DNA of 63,983 nucleotides, counting the filler, from Ionaspis alba (Eukaryota), in NCBI GenBank assembly GCA_964255285.1. It is 3 parts of 3 records of this genome, joined end to end, with 100 filler letters (N's around TTAATTAATTAA, not from the genome) between each part and the next. Parts side by side here need not be neighbours in the genome. Positions count along the whole stretch, not along the records: positions 1 to 22,768 come from CAXUUL010000196.1; positions 22,869 to 45,613 come from CAXUUL010000197.1; 1 more part is not named here. One strand, given 5' to 3'. This document shows, piece by piece, positions 11,324 to 24,739 of the stretch (the stretch's first letter is position 1; every line of letters begins with the position of its first letter). The notes below the pieces were generated by a model. It was not told the origin of the DNA, did not search any database, and saw only the letters and a list, made by a program, of their open reading frames with translations. Position numbers and translations under genes: made by a program.

Positions 11324-14300
11324 AAACCTTCCCCTTCCTCTCTCCAAAATTATGCAATCTCTCCCCAACAAGATAAACCTCATCCCTAACCCTCCTCCTC
11401 CACCCGCTCACTGCCCTCATCCCCCCAACAGCAGCTACAACCCCCAACCCTGCGGCCAAACATGCCGGATACGCGTATCGATAAACATTCGCCCTGACCT
11501 CAATGTCCCAAACACCCAACTTATCGACTCCCCACGCCACTCCCGCTGGTAGTCCAATTGCCGCACTCATGACCAGCACCCCCGGAAAGATGAATGCCCT
11601 CGTCGCAAGGCGGACATCGGGATCCAGCCAACCATGCGGTGGCGCAACGATTGCGCGCAAAGCCTGTGCCGGGCGGGAAGTGGCGTGCGCAAGGATGAGG
11701 CGGGTGAAGGCTTTAAGGGTGAGCACGCCCAGCGTCCAGGACTGGATTGCGTGGATGGTGTGGCGGGGAGGTGTGGGAGAGAGGTAGGTGTGTAGCGGGA
11801 GGAGGAGGTAGAGTTCTGTGAGAGCGGCGAGGAGGGATGGGAGGAGCAGGAGGGTTGTGCTGTAGAAGTAGGTGAGGCGTAGGAGGTGCAGGGTGGAAGT
11901 GCGGATGGCGTTACGGAGGGTTTTAGTGGAGGGGAGATGAGGGTGTGATAGGTGTTGATTGTCCCAGCGAATGCGGAGATGAAGTGGGAAGGAAAGATGT
12001 CGCGGGGAGAGTCGGATGAGAAGGTAGATGGGGAGACCGAGGACGTAAATTCCGATTGAGAAGGCGTAGATGTCGTTCATGCGCTGGTGGGCTGGAATGA
12101 GATGGGTGAAGATGCGACGACCGACGAGGAGCGGGATGACTGTTAGGCTGAGTCCGGTCATTGCGGCGAAGAGCCAGATTAGTAGGATGAAGAGCCCGAT
12201 GCGAATGCGGAAGTGTGGTGGAACGTAGAGTGTTGTGAACTGTTTGTTCTCGCGACCGTGGAGTCCGTGTGTGGTGTCGGGGAGGCCATCGGTGCGGCGG
12301 CCTGAAGCGTCCACTTCGACGAAGGTGCGCGCGCCTTTGGGAATGCGGACTTGGTCGGATGCGGGGGCGCGGACATAGCGGCCGGACTTGATGAAGTTGG
12401 GAGAAGTGAGCTGGTTGGAGGATGTGGGCTCGGCTTCTTTCTCTTTAATCGCCTCTGTAGTGGGTTTGCCGTGGAAGGACAGGATATCGCGCCACCTGCG
12501 ATGAGTAAAGTGACCCTCTTCATCATCCATCTTTTTGTCGAATAAGAAGTGCGAAAGCCGAAGCATCCTGGCGCATTTCTTGAACCACCATTCATACATG
12601 AATTTGAGACCCTTGGAGGGAGTGAAGAATCGGACTGCGAGTGGCATGAGGAAGTTGTAGACTAATAGGTCGATGGGAAACTCTAGGACTGGTTCGTTGG
12701 AAGACCAATGGATTGGAAAGACGCCACCTATTGAATAGGAAAGTCCCCAGACCACGCTGCCTAGGCAGATGATGACTAGTGCGCCATACACCAAGGCACT
12801 GAATGCGATCTTTCGAAGCTGTGTAGAAACGCTGCGTTCGAGAACGTCTCGAACTGGATGGAAGGTCGGATCATCAGGATCCCGAATGAAGTCTGGGATG
12901 GATTAGTATCTCCTAAACAGGATTATTAGGTTAAGGTTGACTTACGAAGAACTCCACTACGCAGAATCTTCCGGCACATGGCAACGAACAAGGCGAAGTG
13001 GAACATGTAACAAGTACCGACAAACCAGTGAACGAAGAGAGATGTGGCAGGCGAAGTGATAGTGAATTGGAACCTCGTCAAAGCCGTGGCATTCTCGAAA
13101 AGAGGGAGAAGTGCAAAGTCAAGAAGTAGCCCACAATAGAGTGGGAACACAATCATCTCGATACTGATGATGAGTATAACCTTCAAGACACCACCGGCTT
13201 GGTACAGAACATCTGCTACTGAGCCTTCCGTCTTCTCGCCTTCTTGAGCAGTGTGGAAAGCGGAACGGATTCGAAGGTAGATGGCTCCCGCGACAAAGAA
13301 GAAGAGATATCCTAGCAGAATCGTAATGACCCTGTCTCTCGTACTCCATTGTGCCAGACTGAAATCCAAAGGCCGTGTTCTTTGAGGGATGTCAAGGCTG
13401 ATCCGTAAAGGATTGATGTTCAGGATTGCAGGTACCAAGGCAATAGTCTGTCGAAGAGCAATCACGAGGCCAGTATAGAGAGCCTTACAATTGCTCACGA
13501 AGCTATCAGCTACGAAGGTAGCGGTTGTTCCGAGATCCAAGGTATTGCCGGAGCAGCTCTCAGCCATTGACCTAGAAGCAGCCAGTAAGGCTTTTCCCGC
13601 ATCCGCGAAATATTGCTCAATCGTATTCAGGGACTCATGAGCAATGATGGAGAAGACCGGGATATCAGAATCCGATAGACCTTCACCGGTCGCCACGAAC
13701 ATCTTGACAAGTCGGTCGCCAGCTGAATGCGCATAGTTCCATGCAGCTCTAGACAAAGGTCTGCTCCTGTTCAACCTTGCAAGAAATGGAACTAGCCAAC
13801 CAACAGGAGTCACAGCTAGCCCAACCGCAGTATCCACCCAGTAAAACGCACAGGCAGCGCAGAAGACACAAGTATCGATGATCAGATCGGCCGTAACGGA
13901 AGCCCATCGCAGCGGCAATTTGACAAGAAGCGATATGGGATTGGCGAGGAAGACCAAGAAGAGCTTGCCTGCTATGTAAGGGATCCATATGCCGAAGAAG
14001 ACAGTCAACGAAATGAGGACGGCACAGAACATGCCATTCTGGACGAGACCTGCCAAGGGTCCTTGCATACCGATCAATTCCATGATTCCCTCGAGATCTT
14101 CTCCGTCTTCAATAGCTTCGGGGTCATTGAGATCGACTCCCGCCTGCGCAGCAGCACCTGCAACTTCGGGATCTTCGCCACCATTGTCTCGCGCATTGGC
14201 ATCCTCAATCTGTAACTGTCCTTGGACAACGGGAACAAAAGGATCCTCAGCAGCGGCGTCTCTGATCACATGTTCGTCGTCTTCTCCAGGCTCCTCATCT

Positions 14301-16636
14301 CGCACTTCTTGCTGGGCGACACCCCCCCACAACCAATCTATCATTGTTTCGCGTATGCCTCGAGGCTCATGTACTGCAGCAGGGGGTTCCATGGGGGCAG
14401 GTTCGGAATCAGCTGCGACAGGTTCCACAGCAGTGGGTTCTGTGGCTATAAACTCTGCGGAAGGAACATCTGTGGAAGCGGACTCGGGCTGGCTTTCGAA
14501 GGTGGGCGATTCAGGCAGATCGTGGAAATACTCATCTCTCCCATGAGGCGGCGCTGGGGTAAAAGGAGAGATCCCCAAGAGCTTTGCCATCGGAACTTCG
14601 TCATGTTCTGGAAATTTCTCCGAAGGAGGCAGAAGAATGGAGTTGCCAGTGCTACTCCTTGATGGTTGTGAGTGGTCTGTAACGCTTATCTCCACTCCGG
14701 CGTCTTTACTCGTCCTCGGTCGAGGCCATCTTGCTTTACCTTTGTCGTATTTGTGGGCACTCATTCGTGCGGGCACGCTTGAAGCACTTGGGGGTGTTTC
14801 TGTGTCGGCAGGGCTCGTGTCGTTCTCATTGGTAAGTTCCTCGAAGCTAGAGGTTCGTGGCATAGTGCTTTCATCTGCCGTTGAAAGAGTTTGCCCCGTT
14901 GATGACCCGGAGGACTCTTCGATTACTTGCCAGCTTTCGTTGCTTGTATTGCTGCTTTGCTCACCAGTATTCTCCACGTCTATCTGTGCAAAGGCCTCGT
15001 CCACATTGTGAACTTCAGTATTGGAGCTTCCATCTATCGAATTCTTTATGAGTCGATCCATAACCGCCACCACCCAGCCCAGCTCCTCACTTCGACCTTC
15101 CTCATCTATGATCTTCAAAACGTTGGCAGGATTGTGATCCGCACGTCTCCACAGGTCCATGAAAACCTCGAGTCCAGGCCAGTTATGAGGTACCGTCCTT
15201 GGATGCTCTTCAAGCGTACGACGAATCTCGGTTGCTGTGGCTAGAACATCTCTCGTTGGCATGCTCGGTCTGTGATTATTATTTGATGGTCCAGCTGACG
15301 TTGTAGATTGATTTTGCATTTCTGTCGTGCCACTCGGACTGGAAGATAGCCTCGAAGATCCTTGTGTAGGGCTATATTCATCAAGAAATCGGGCGTAACC
15401 TTCGGGGTGCTCTTCCGGTTGTTCAAATCTGACAGGCCGCCGTGCTCTTGGTCTTGCCATCATCCGAGCTTCTCGTACAGCTCTTGCTTCAGAGGCTTCT
15501 TCATTATCCGCGTCTGGCGCATCTCCTGGTAGGTTTAGCTCCCGTGTCTCGGGAGGAGCTTGTTGATCCTGCCGATCTTCAAGTCTTAAGGGCGGCACGT
15601 TCTCCTCTCGGGGTCGTTCTACAGCTGCGGCGGCCGCGAACGCTGCACCCATATTTATGGCCGGTTGTTGCTGGACAACCCATTCTCTGATTAGGAAGAT
15701 TAAGATAAAAGCGATAACAACAAAAAGAGTAATTAGTTGACCTTCTAGCACATCGATGATCATGTTGTTGAATGTCGTCCACCTAGTTAGCCGACGGAGG
15801 AAGCTGATGTCCGAAAGCCAAGAAGGTGAGCGTTGCGAAGATCCAGCGAATGTAGTGGCATTTGAAGGCTTCGTATCGTTCAAACTTGCTGGTATTACCG
15901 AACCATAGTAGAAAACTCCTCTGAAAACACGCTTGGCGAATTGAAATAAGGTAGGATCCCCAGCCGTAAAATTGAGCGTCTGAAATATGGGTGGCCGGAA
16001 TGGAGGAAGAATATTGGAGAATATTGAGACCTTCAAGGTAGGATTCGAGGTTGCCATATCCTTAGCGGACATAAGCCCTCTGCTAGCAGCCGAAGTTCCT
16101 TGCGGTGCTAGCTGCTCTGTGGTCATTGCACCCAGCGCAGCTTGTTTCTCCATCTGTTGCCAATTTATCCAGCCCCCATCTCCAACCCAGAATAGACCTC
16201 TCCACACAGTCCGCATGCACCAAGGCACCCAGCCGAGCCATACGAAGACAACGAGATGCCATCGCGCCCACGTCACAAAGCTCTTCAGTGTATGTATTGC
16301 GGCTTGCCGGAGGAAGATAGGTAGAGGAACAGTGCTGGGCATCTGAGGATGGTAGAGTTTGGTGAAACGGAAAGAGGTCTTGCATAATTCGCAATGTTTC
16401 TTCTGCGAGTGAGACAACCATTCCATCAAGCAAGCTTGGTGCACGAATTTGATGCTGCCACTGCACTTGCAAGGGTAGAACAAAGGCTCTTCCTTTGAAC
16501 CCTCTCCCCGACATATTCGACATGTGTCCGGCTCTTCTGTGCCCTTGCTCTTGCCCTTTAAATTCGTCTGGTAAGCCGGATCGTTCATGACGTCGGGCTG
16601 TGACTGTGGACTTGCTGGTGGAATGTCTGAGTCCAT
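11324..16636 (-). CDS. DOA10: ERAD RING-CH E3 ubiquitin ligase Doa10/Ssm4 (MARCH6 family); 3' end interrupted by gap
   Basis: N-terminal RINGv CRICRGEGSKEEPLFYPCKCSGSIKFVHQACLMEWL..CELC, many TM segments, intron 12945-12893 giving [23 protein letters not shown], C-terminal RDEVYLVGERLHNF. Confidence 0.95.
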
Positions 16637-16844
16637 CTTGAAGGGAACGAGCTGTCTGAGGCGTTTAGGTGTGTATAAAAGTTGGCTGCAATTCAGTAGT
16701 AAGACTGAAAGGAAACAAAGGTATCAGTGTGAGTCAGGACACCAAGTGAATGGCTCCCGAGTAGAGGTTGGATATCAGAGGTGGCGAAACAGAGATCCCC
16801 GAACAACTGTGCGCCATACAAAGTTCCCAGATCAGTATTTCACT

Positions 16845-16974
16845 GACGTGGTCACAGCTGGCTTAACGACAGTAGTAGATCCACTCCTCGTTATGGTTGT
16901 GAGTACTGTTGAGCTGCAAGCAATCTGACGCTGAGAAATAAAGATTATGCACGTGACTGTATCTTCACGTGTCA
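16845..16974. promoter_or_regulatory. Cluster of ACGTG cores (UPRE/G-box-like) in the divergent DOA10 / She10-like promoter
   Basis: GACGTGGTCA 16845-16854, CACGTG 16950-16955, CACGTGTCA 16966-16974. Function is inferred only. Confidence 0.3.
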
Positions 16975-17613
16975 ACAACGACAAAGGAAGGTCTTGCCGA
17001 ACCTCGCTTTGCTCTTAATCCTGTCTAACGCGGCGCGTCCTCGTATGACGCAAGTTCGGTCTTGGCCTTCTCAGAGCTGCATTTATGCGTGACTGCCTCC
17101 TCCAACGGTGCGGGAGTACAGACTTCCTAGAAGGTATTGGAGTTGTGCAATGGTGAGGGCCAGTCATCACCATCTACCTTCATCTATATGTAAAACCGTG
17201 ATGGATGCAATTGAAATAATTCCCATATTTCGGTGACTACGTAAACAATTGATTTCTTCTAGACCCTGCCTTTGGTAGGACAGGGGTTGCCAACTTCTGT
17301 CCCAGTCGCGTGAGAACTGGAAGAAAACGGCTTCGCTTCCAACTTGGCACTGGCTCCATTATTGACTATCATTTTCATCCTCGGACCTTCAAATTCCATC
17401 AGAGCACCCGGAGAATCATGGTGCCTCCAGCTTGAGCAGCTCTACAGTACCATTCACCTGTTCTCTTTCGCATAAGTGAACGGAGACTTGGCACAGAGTC
17501 GGAAGGAAGATCCTTATCTGATCTCCTGAGGCTTTCCTGAGCTTAGGATTGAACTTTCCTTTCAGAAAGCTCCACTTGCAAGTCGAGTCAGATCTCCCAG
17601 CTGCTCTTAAAGG

Positions 17614-20600
17614 ATGGGCGTTAAGACGAACGGTCGGCCGGTTGACTTGCCAAAATCCAAACCTAACGGCCTTATCGTTGCTAAACCTTCACAACCGACA
17701 CGACGGAATGCTGGAATAGCAATAAGATCCTTCAGCTTGGCCGCGAGGTAATAAAATAGCGCAAAAACTCATTTCCTGAACCCACAAGCTAATGGTTGTG
17801 CTCTAGGCTGCTGGTGTGGTACGCAGTCTTTATTGCTGCGTTCCAATGTCCATCCTCATTAAACGACATAACCGAGGACTCTTCAAGAGTTTGCAGGCCT
17901 TACTTGACAGCCAGATCACAAGTCGCACCGTACATACAACCTTATTATGATGCCTACGCTGCACCTTACGTCCAGGCTGCACAGCCATACATCAACAAGC
18001 TCGATGAGCAGGTATACCGACCAGCAGTCGGCTTCAGCAAACAGAGCTATACAAAGTATGGAGCACCACGGGTCAACCAAGCTTCTAGCTATGGAAAAGC
18101 CCAGTGGGAAACATCTTTGAAGCCTCGGATCGAAGCCGCTCAGGCCAAGGCAAAACAACAATATGACGCTTCCCTAGCACCTCATGTGTCAAGGGCATCC
18201 GCAGCGACCGCCCCATACTATACTGCGGCCCAGGACAATGTACTACGTACCTATCAATCGCAAGTCCTTCCGGCATATATGGCTTCCCGACCGTATGTAA
18301 CCAGAGTATACGAGCTTGGACATAAGGCTTTGATCGAGACTGGAATCCCTTATGCACAGTGGGCATGGACTACTTCGGCTGTCTTCATCGACCGCACGCT
18401 TTGGCCGAGAGTCAGGATACTCTACGGAAAGAACGTTGAGCCGCAGCTCGTCAGAATAGGTGAACGATTGGGCCGGTACCGGGACGGAAAGAAATTGAAG
18501 GCTGCCATGGAAGAGGTCAATAGGTACGTTCTCCTTGATCCTTTCTAGCGTTAGGGCTGTGATCGAACATGCTAACCATGTTTGCCCTAGCATCCATGAC
18601 TCTTCTGTTTCTTCGGACCTCTCTTCCTCAACGATCACAACTGCACAGTCGGCCAGCACTCAAGATGCTACTAGCTCAAGTACTTCGGTAGTGGAACTTC
18701 CTTCGTCTACTCCAACAAAAGAGGAAGAAGATCGAAAGATTCGCGAGAAGATCGAAAACGACCTTAAAACATGGGAAGAGAAGTTTGCCAAGGCCGCCGA
18801 TAAAGGCACCGATGACCTCGAGGAGCGTGTTCAAGAGATTACGCAGCGCCAAATCGAGAAGCAAGTACATGGAGTCGGTGCTGCAATGGTTGTTCAGATT
18901 GAAGAAGTGGCTGCATCCGAGATTGGAAAACTAAAAAAGACCATCAGGAAAGTCGTCAAGTCACTTCCAGAAGAGCCTTCTGATGAAGATGAGAAGACGG
19001 CAGAAGACGAAGTTGCGAAAGCCGTTCGAAGTGCCGGTCTAGCCATCAGGACAAAAGCTTTGGCCTTAAGAGAATGGAGACAGAAATGTGACGCGGAGAC
19101 CCATTCGTTGGTGACTGCCGCCTCGGACTCGACCCTTGAGGTAATTGACAGCATCCGTGATCTTGGCTTGCAGGAACTAGGTATGAGGTGGGCATGGATG
19201 GAAGGCGTGACTTACGAGGATTGGGAAAAGTATAATGAAGTCAAAAAGGATGACTGGCGGGAAGAAATCGAAGCTGTTGCAACAACTCACCAAGGACTTG
19301 CTGATGCCAAAGCAGCAGCCGAAGAAGTCGAATCTCAAGGCATGACTGCGGCGGGAAATGCAGGACAAGAATTAGCAAGATTGAAAGATGTCGGTGTCTG
19401 GAAGATCAGGGCCAAAGATGACACGGATGATTTCAGCACCAAGGCTCTACCACCAAGAGCTGCTGCCGCGGGCCAGAAGGTTATGGATAAACTCAGTTCT
19501 GCCAAAGACTCTATCGTAGGGACCTCTCAAGGTACGGCGGACTCCATCATCTCACAAGCTTCAGAAGGAGCTGCCAAGGCCGCTTCTACCGTCTCTTCAG
19601 GCGTTGTCGGCGAGGAGCCTCCAATGTACGAGAGTGTTGCCTCAGTGGCAAGTGCAAAGGTTGGTGAAGCGTCTCAGCAGGCCTCAGAGGCTGTTATGGG
19701 ATCTACAGCTGCACATGAGAAAGCCCGCTCGTCTGCGAACTCCCATATCAAGCAGGCGAGCGAAGCTGTTGCCGATAAAGCTAGTAGTGTTGCATCGGCA
19801 GCAAGCAAGAAGGCAGATCAAATCTCCACTGATGTCAGCTCTGCTGTCATTGGAAGTTCGACACCAGGCTATGAATCCGTTGCATCTGCAGCCTCCAAGA
19901 GCATCAAGTCTGCCGCCTCACAGGTTTCCAAAGCTATTCCAAGTTCCTCGACCCCGGTTCAAGAGAGTGCGTCCAGCATCGCTTCCTCAGCAGCTTCTAG
20001 TGCTTCTTCCGTTGCTAGTCAAGCGTCAGCAAAGGTTTACGGTGGTGCAATGGCACAGAAAGTCGGAGAAAGAGTACCAATATTGGACGACCCGATCAAC
20101 GAGGATGACGATGCCACCTACTCTGCGAAACTGCAAGGCATTGTAAATCAAGCAGGAGACAAGTATGCCGACGCCACACGTGCGGTCAGTGAGGCGTTCG
20201 CTCCGGCAACCAAGACCCAAGGTGCCGCGGGGAGCATTACATCCCTGGCAAGCGAGCAGTATTCGAGTGCTCTTGCTGCAGCTTCAAGTATCCTATATGG
20301 AGCGCCTCAAGGTACTGGTGAAAGCATCTCGAGTGTTGCTTCGGGTATATATGCGGAAGCAGTGGCAGCGTAGGTGTCCCCTCAACGAGCCCGATTAACA
20401 CCGTGCTAACAATCACAGCGCGTCATCGATCATCTACGGCACTCCTCTGCCTGCCACAGCATCCCTTGCTGCTCAGGCTAGCTCAAAGTACTCAGAAGCT
20501 GTAAGCCTAGCTCAGGAGCAGTATACGCGAGCCAAATCAATGGCTTCAGAGCAGGTCTCTGGGAGCCCAAAGCCCGTTCATCAACAGATCTTAGCCTCCA

Positions 20601-22513
20601 TCGAATCTGGGTACTCCGGATCTCTAGCTGCCGCGAGCAAGCGTCTTGACTCTGCATTGAGCGCTGTCCATGCGACTTCTGCAAATCCGCAGCAGTCGGT
20701 CATGGTAGCTGCCAATGCTAAGTACTCAAGTGCACTGGCTGCAGCTTCATCTCAGTACGATGCAGCTAAGAGTGCCTTGGGTCCCAAATCTACTCCTGGA
20801 TACGAATCCGCCATGTCTGCTGCGGGTAAGAGCTATTCCGACCTTCTCAGCGCGGCAAGCTCGCAATATGCTGCCGCTACAGATGCTGCCAGCAGCGCTG
20901 CGTATGGTCCTCCTCAAGGCGTGCTTGAGTCAATATCCGCTATGGCATCTTCCCGCCTTGCAGATAGTCTTAGCCTAGCATCTGCCCAATTATCTAGTGC
21001 CAAGTCTGCCGTCGGCGCTACACCAACACCAGCTCATCAGCAATACATTGCCGAGGCTCAAAGACGCTACTATGAGGGTATTGGCCTCGCACACGAACGG
21101 TACTCTGAATTCGTGGCTGCTGCTTCAGGAGCTGTCTACGGCACACCCACACCGGTCCATCAGAGCTTGTACAACGCTGTTGTTGGAACGCCCAAGCCTG
21201 GTTACGAGAGTCTTCTTAGTGCTGCTCAAGCCCAATACAGCAATGCGGTATCTCAAGCCTCAGCCGGTCTCCAAGACGTGCTTGCCTCTGCCAGCTCTGT
21301 TGCTGGCAAGACAAGCAAATCGCCTACCAAGAGCATGCTCGACTCTGCCTCTTCTCAATACAGCTCAGCACTCTCCGTGGCCTCAGCGTCAATGGCCTCG
21401 GTGTCTGAAGCTGTTAGTGCCGCCATGTATGGCACATCTACAGGGAACGTGGAGTACATGACCTCAATGTTGTCCGAGAAAGCAGCCTCCATCTCTGCTG
21501 CGGCCAGCACCGCAGTCGCAGGGTCAGAAACTCCCTGGACCGAATCGCTCGCTAGCCAAGCCTCTCAAAACTGGGAGGCTTTGGTCTCCAAAGCCAGCGA
21601 AACTGTCTATGGTCAACCGACTCCCTTCTCCCAATCCATCCTCTCCCAAGCAGGCGAATACGCCTCCCAAGCCACCGACTCCGCCGCCGCTCAGTTCGTC
21701 GCAGTGCAAGCTCTCTTCTCCGAACTCGTCAACGGTAAAGAACCTGATTTCACAGAAAGCGTCATGAGTCGCCTCAGCTCCGCCTACCACACCGGCGCAC
21801 ACATCAGTATTGCCTCCTCCGCCTCCAGCTACGCCAGTGAGGCCTACGCCTCCGCCTCTTCCGTCGTCTCCTCTGTCTTCACACCCCCCGCTACGCTCGA
21901 AGCTATTCTTGAAAGTGCTAGCGAGCAGGTCAATGCTGCTGTTGAGGCCGCCAGTGTCCAGTACTATGGTACCAGCAAGGGGACTTACGAAAAAGCAACA
22001 TCGGCGGCTGCGAGCTCTTACTCCTCGGTGTCGTCGAAAGCCAGCGTTGCGGCTTACGGCTCTCAGACTGGATACGCCGAAGCAGCGCAGAGCTCAATCC
22101 AGGACGCTGCCGCCTCGGCTCAAAGTGCCATCTCGGCTGCTATTTATGGGACAAAGGTCGGTGCCACAGAATCCGCTACCAGTGCCGCGGCGAACGCCTA
22201 CGCCTCCGTCTCTTCCGCGGTAGAGGAGAACCTTTCAGCTGCATCATCGGTGGTCGGCGACACGGTATCGAATGTCCAGGCGAAGGTCAGCTCCGCTATC
22301 TACGGACCTGAGCAGGGAGCTGTGGAAAGCGCGCAGAGCAGACTTAGCGCTGCGGTCGAGAGTGCGAGAGCGAGGTTGGCGGAGATGGTCGAGGGCGCTG
22401 GGGAGGGCGCGAGCGAGGCTGTGAAGAGTGCGAAGAGGGGTGTTGAGGATATGGCGAGTAGTGTTAGTAGTGCTGCTGCGAAGGCTACGGGTAGGGTCAA
22501 GGATGAGTTGTGA
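17614..22513 (+). CDS. She10-like ER protein (family often auto-annotated 'Hoxa13'), Ser/Ala-rich repeats, C-terminal KDEL
   Basis: Exons 17614-17747, 17807-18523, 18591-20369, 20419-22513, all GT..CTAAY..AG and frame-consistent. TM RLLVWYAVFIAAFQCP, motif LGMRWAWMEGVTYEDWEKY, KVYGGAMAQ, ends RVKDEL. Confidence 0.85.
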
Positions 22514-22768
22514 GGGATGTGTAGCAAGAGTCGGGAAGGCTATGGAGGGAATGAGGATGGGAGTTGGGAGAGTGGAGAAGGAAAGGGTGGAATGATGGTA
22601 TGATGAGATTGTATTGATGGAGGGGAACGAGGACGCTGTCCAATTGCGGTATATAATGCGAGCGTGGTTTCGTTTGTTTCTCGTGATGGACGGAACTTTG
22701 TGCGGCGATATCCCCTACGATCGTTTTGCTGGCGATGTAGCGAGTCGATGGTTTATGATTTCTTGGGC

Positions 22769-22868
22769 NNNNNNNNNNNNNNNNNNNNNNNNNNNNNNNN
22801 NNNNNNNNNNNNTTAATTAATTAANNNNNNNNNNNNNNNNNNNNNNNNNNNNNNNNNNNNNNNNNNNN
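22769..22868. other. Artificial scaffold join with six-frame stop linker
   Basis: N44-TTAATTAATTAA(22813-22824)-N44. Confidence 0.95.
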
Positions 22869-24577
22869 AATATCTTCCACAACCAGCTCGCATCTAACTC
22901 GAGACGTGCTCTAGGTTGCTTTCCCCAATTCGGCCGTTCGTAAAAGCTCTGTGCTCCCTTCTCATCAAATGGCATCGACTCCTCCGGACGCAGGTATCCT
23001 ACGCCCGCAAAGCCGTTAACAACGTGCACGACTTCCCAGCCACCGATGGCTTTTTCGGGCCGCTCGGCAAGGACATAGTCGAATTTGTCCCAGAACTGCG
23101 GATGAAGGAGTAGGGTTTCGTTCTCGGTCTTGTCATAGTACCATATCGTGCTCGTCGGTGGTAAGGTATTGTTTCCTGGTGACGAAAATTCCAGAAAACG
23201 TGTCACACCTGTCATGCAGCTTAACGTGTCCATGTGCACGTTGATAACCGGCTTTGTTCCGTCTGCGAGGTTGTGCAAATAATTTAGTGCATCTGCTCCA
23301 GGGTAATTGAGTCTGGAAACGAGGAGCATGGCAAAGCTTGCAGTGAAGGAGCCTAATGTCGAGGCGATGAGCGCAAGGCTCAGCACACGATAATACACCG
23401 ATTTCTGTCGTCGAGTCCATATCCAGTCAGCACTTCTTGCGGCAACCGCAGTGAGTAGAGGAATCGCGTAGATAATAAATCGCCATTCTTTGTGAGGTTG
23501 TATGCTGTAGATCGTAATGAAGACGATATTTGGAATGAGAATGTCCAACGATGAGCGGCGAAGAGCCGGAATTGCCAAAGCAAACGGGATGCAAATCTGA
23601 TAGCTCAAGGGATTGAAGAGAAGACGAGGCAGGGCAGACGTGAAGTAGAAATGCCATGGAGAAGTACCCCAATTCGCAGATTTGCCGTGCACTACGTTGT
23701 AGATGAAGCCAGAAAGCTCCGGCCACAACGGAAACCTCTGCCAGAAGAAAGAGTCGATAGGTATCGTAAGTCCAAGGCCCACAGCTAGGCCAATAAGACC
23801 GGATGTGATGATATCTTGGAGAGACAGTCGGTACATCAGGAGTAGCCAGCCTGCATGGACAGCGAGCAGTAAAGCAATCTCAGCACGAAAAATGACCCCA
23901 ACAACAGTCAGTAAGATCAGAGCTTGTTTGTTGCTTCTGATGGATGCTTCAGATCTTAACGTAGGATTGGCAATGGACGGTAACAGGCTGCGTAAAGCCA
24001 GAGTGCCTGCCAAATCTCAACGGTGTCCCTTTCAAAGCTTTTGCTCAGAGCTTACTCAAGCCCAAAGCAAAAAAATTGGGCAGGGTTCTTGAAGCATAAT
24101 ACATTACATGGAATTGGCTGGCTTGTAGAACAATATACCAGTTGGCCGTTCCCCGCCCAAAGGCTTTGGCAACACCATTCCGGAATGCAAGAATGCTGAA
24201 GGCATTGTATAATCCGAGAATACCTCTGACTGAGCGTGTGCACAGTTAGTACTCGTCTCATGCCTTATATTGATTCTCTACAAACCCAGGATCTGTCTAT
24301 CTGACCCATTGACCAACCAACTGAAGGGCGATGACGCGCCAGCCAAAGCCAATGGGCCAACTAAGGTCCTTGGAACTGATCCGGGAAAAGAGAAGTGATC
24401 GTAATATCTGACGAAGAAGTCGTGGGCGTTCTTCAAAGGTATGCCATGAGCAAGTATATCATGCGTCGCTTGGAGGTTGAATGACTCTTCCACTTTAGAG
24501 TACGGCGACAGGAACAGGTGCAGCAATACAAGTAAGGGAATCAGCAACGCTATTGAAGCATCAGTCAAACGCCGCAT
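22869..24577 (-). CDS. ALG12: Dol-P-Man alpha-1,6-mannosyltransferase Alg12 (GT22); 3' end truncated at gap
   Basis: [64 protein letters not shown]. Introns 24285-24230 and 24055-24007. Confidence 0.95.
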
Positions 24578-24662
24578 CTTGACATATAGAGTGCATTATC
24601 GCTCCATGGCTCAATCGATGAATCTTATGTTCTTCATCGCGCATGAACTATGAGGCCTGCGC

Positions 24663-24686
24663 GCGGAACGCGTTCCGCCGACGCGT
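24663..24686. promoter_or_regulatory. Two MCB (ACGCGT) elements, one inside a perfect 16-bp palindrome, in the ALG12/dynamitin bidirectional promoter
   Basis: GCGGAACGCGTTCCGC 24663-24678; ACGCGT at 24668-24673 and 24681-24686; about 160 bp between the ATGs. Confidence 0.5.
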
Positions 24687-24739
24687 TGGAGTTTAGGGAA
24701 ATTCAACAGCAGAGATATAAGTCAACAAGAACTCATGAA

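Noticed and set aside
22813..22824. TTAATTAATTAA palindrome (also 45658-45669)
   Set aside because: Artificial six-frame stop linker inside N spacers; gene adjacency across these joins is unverified.
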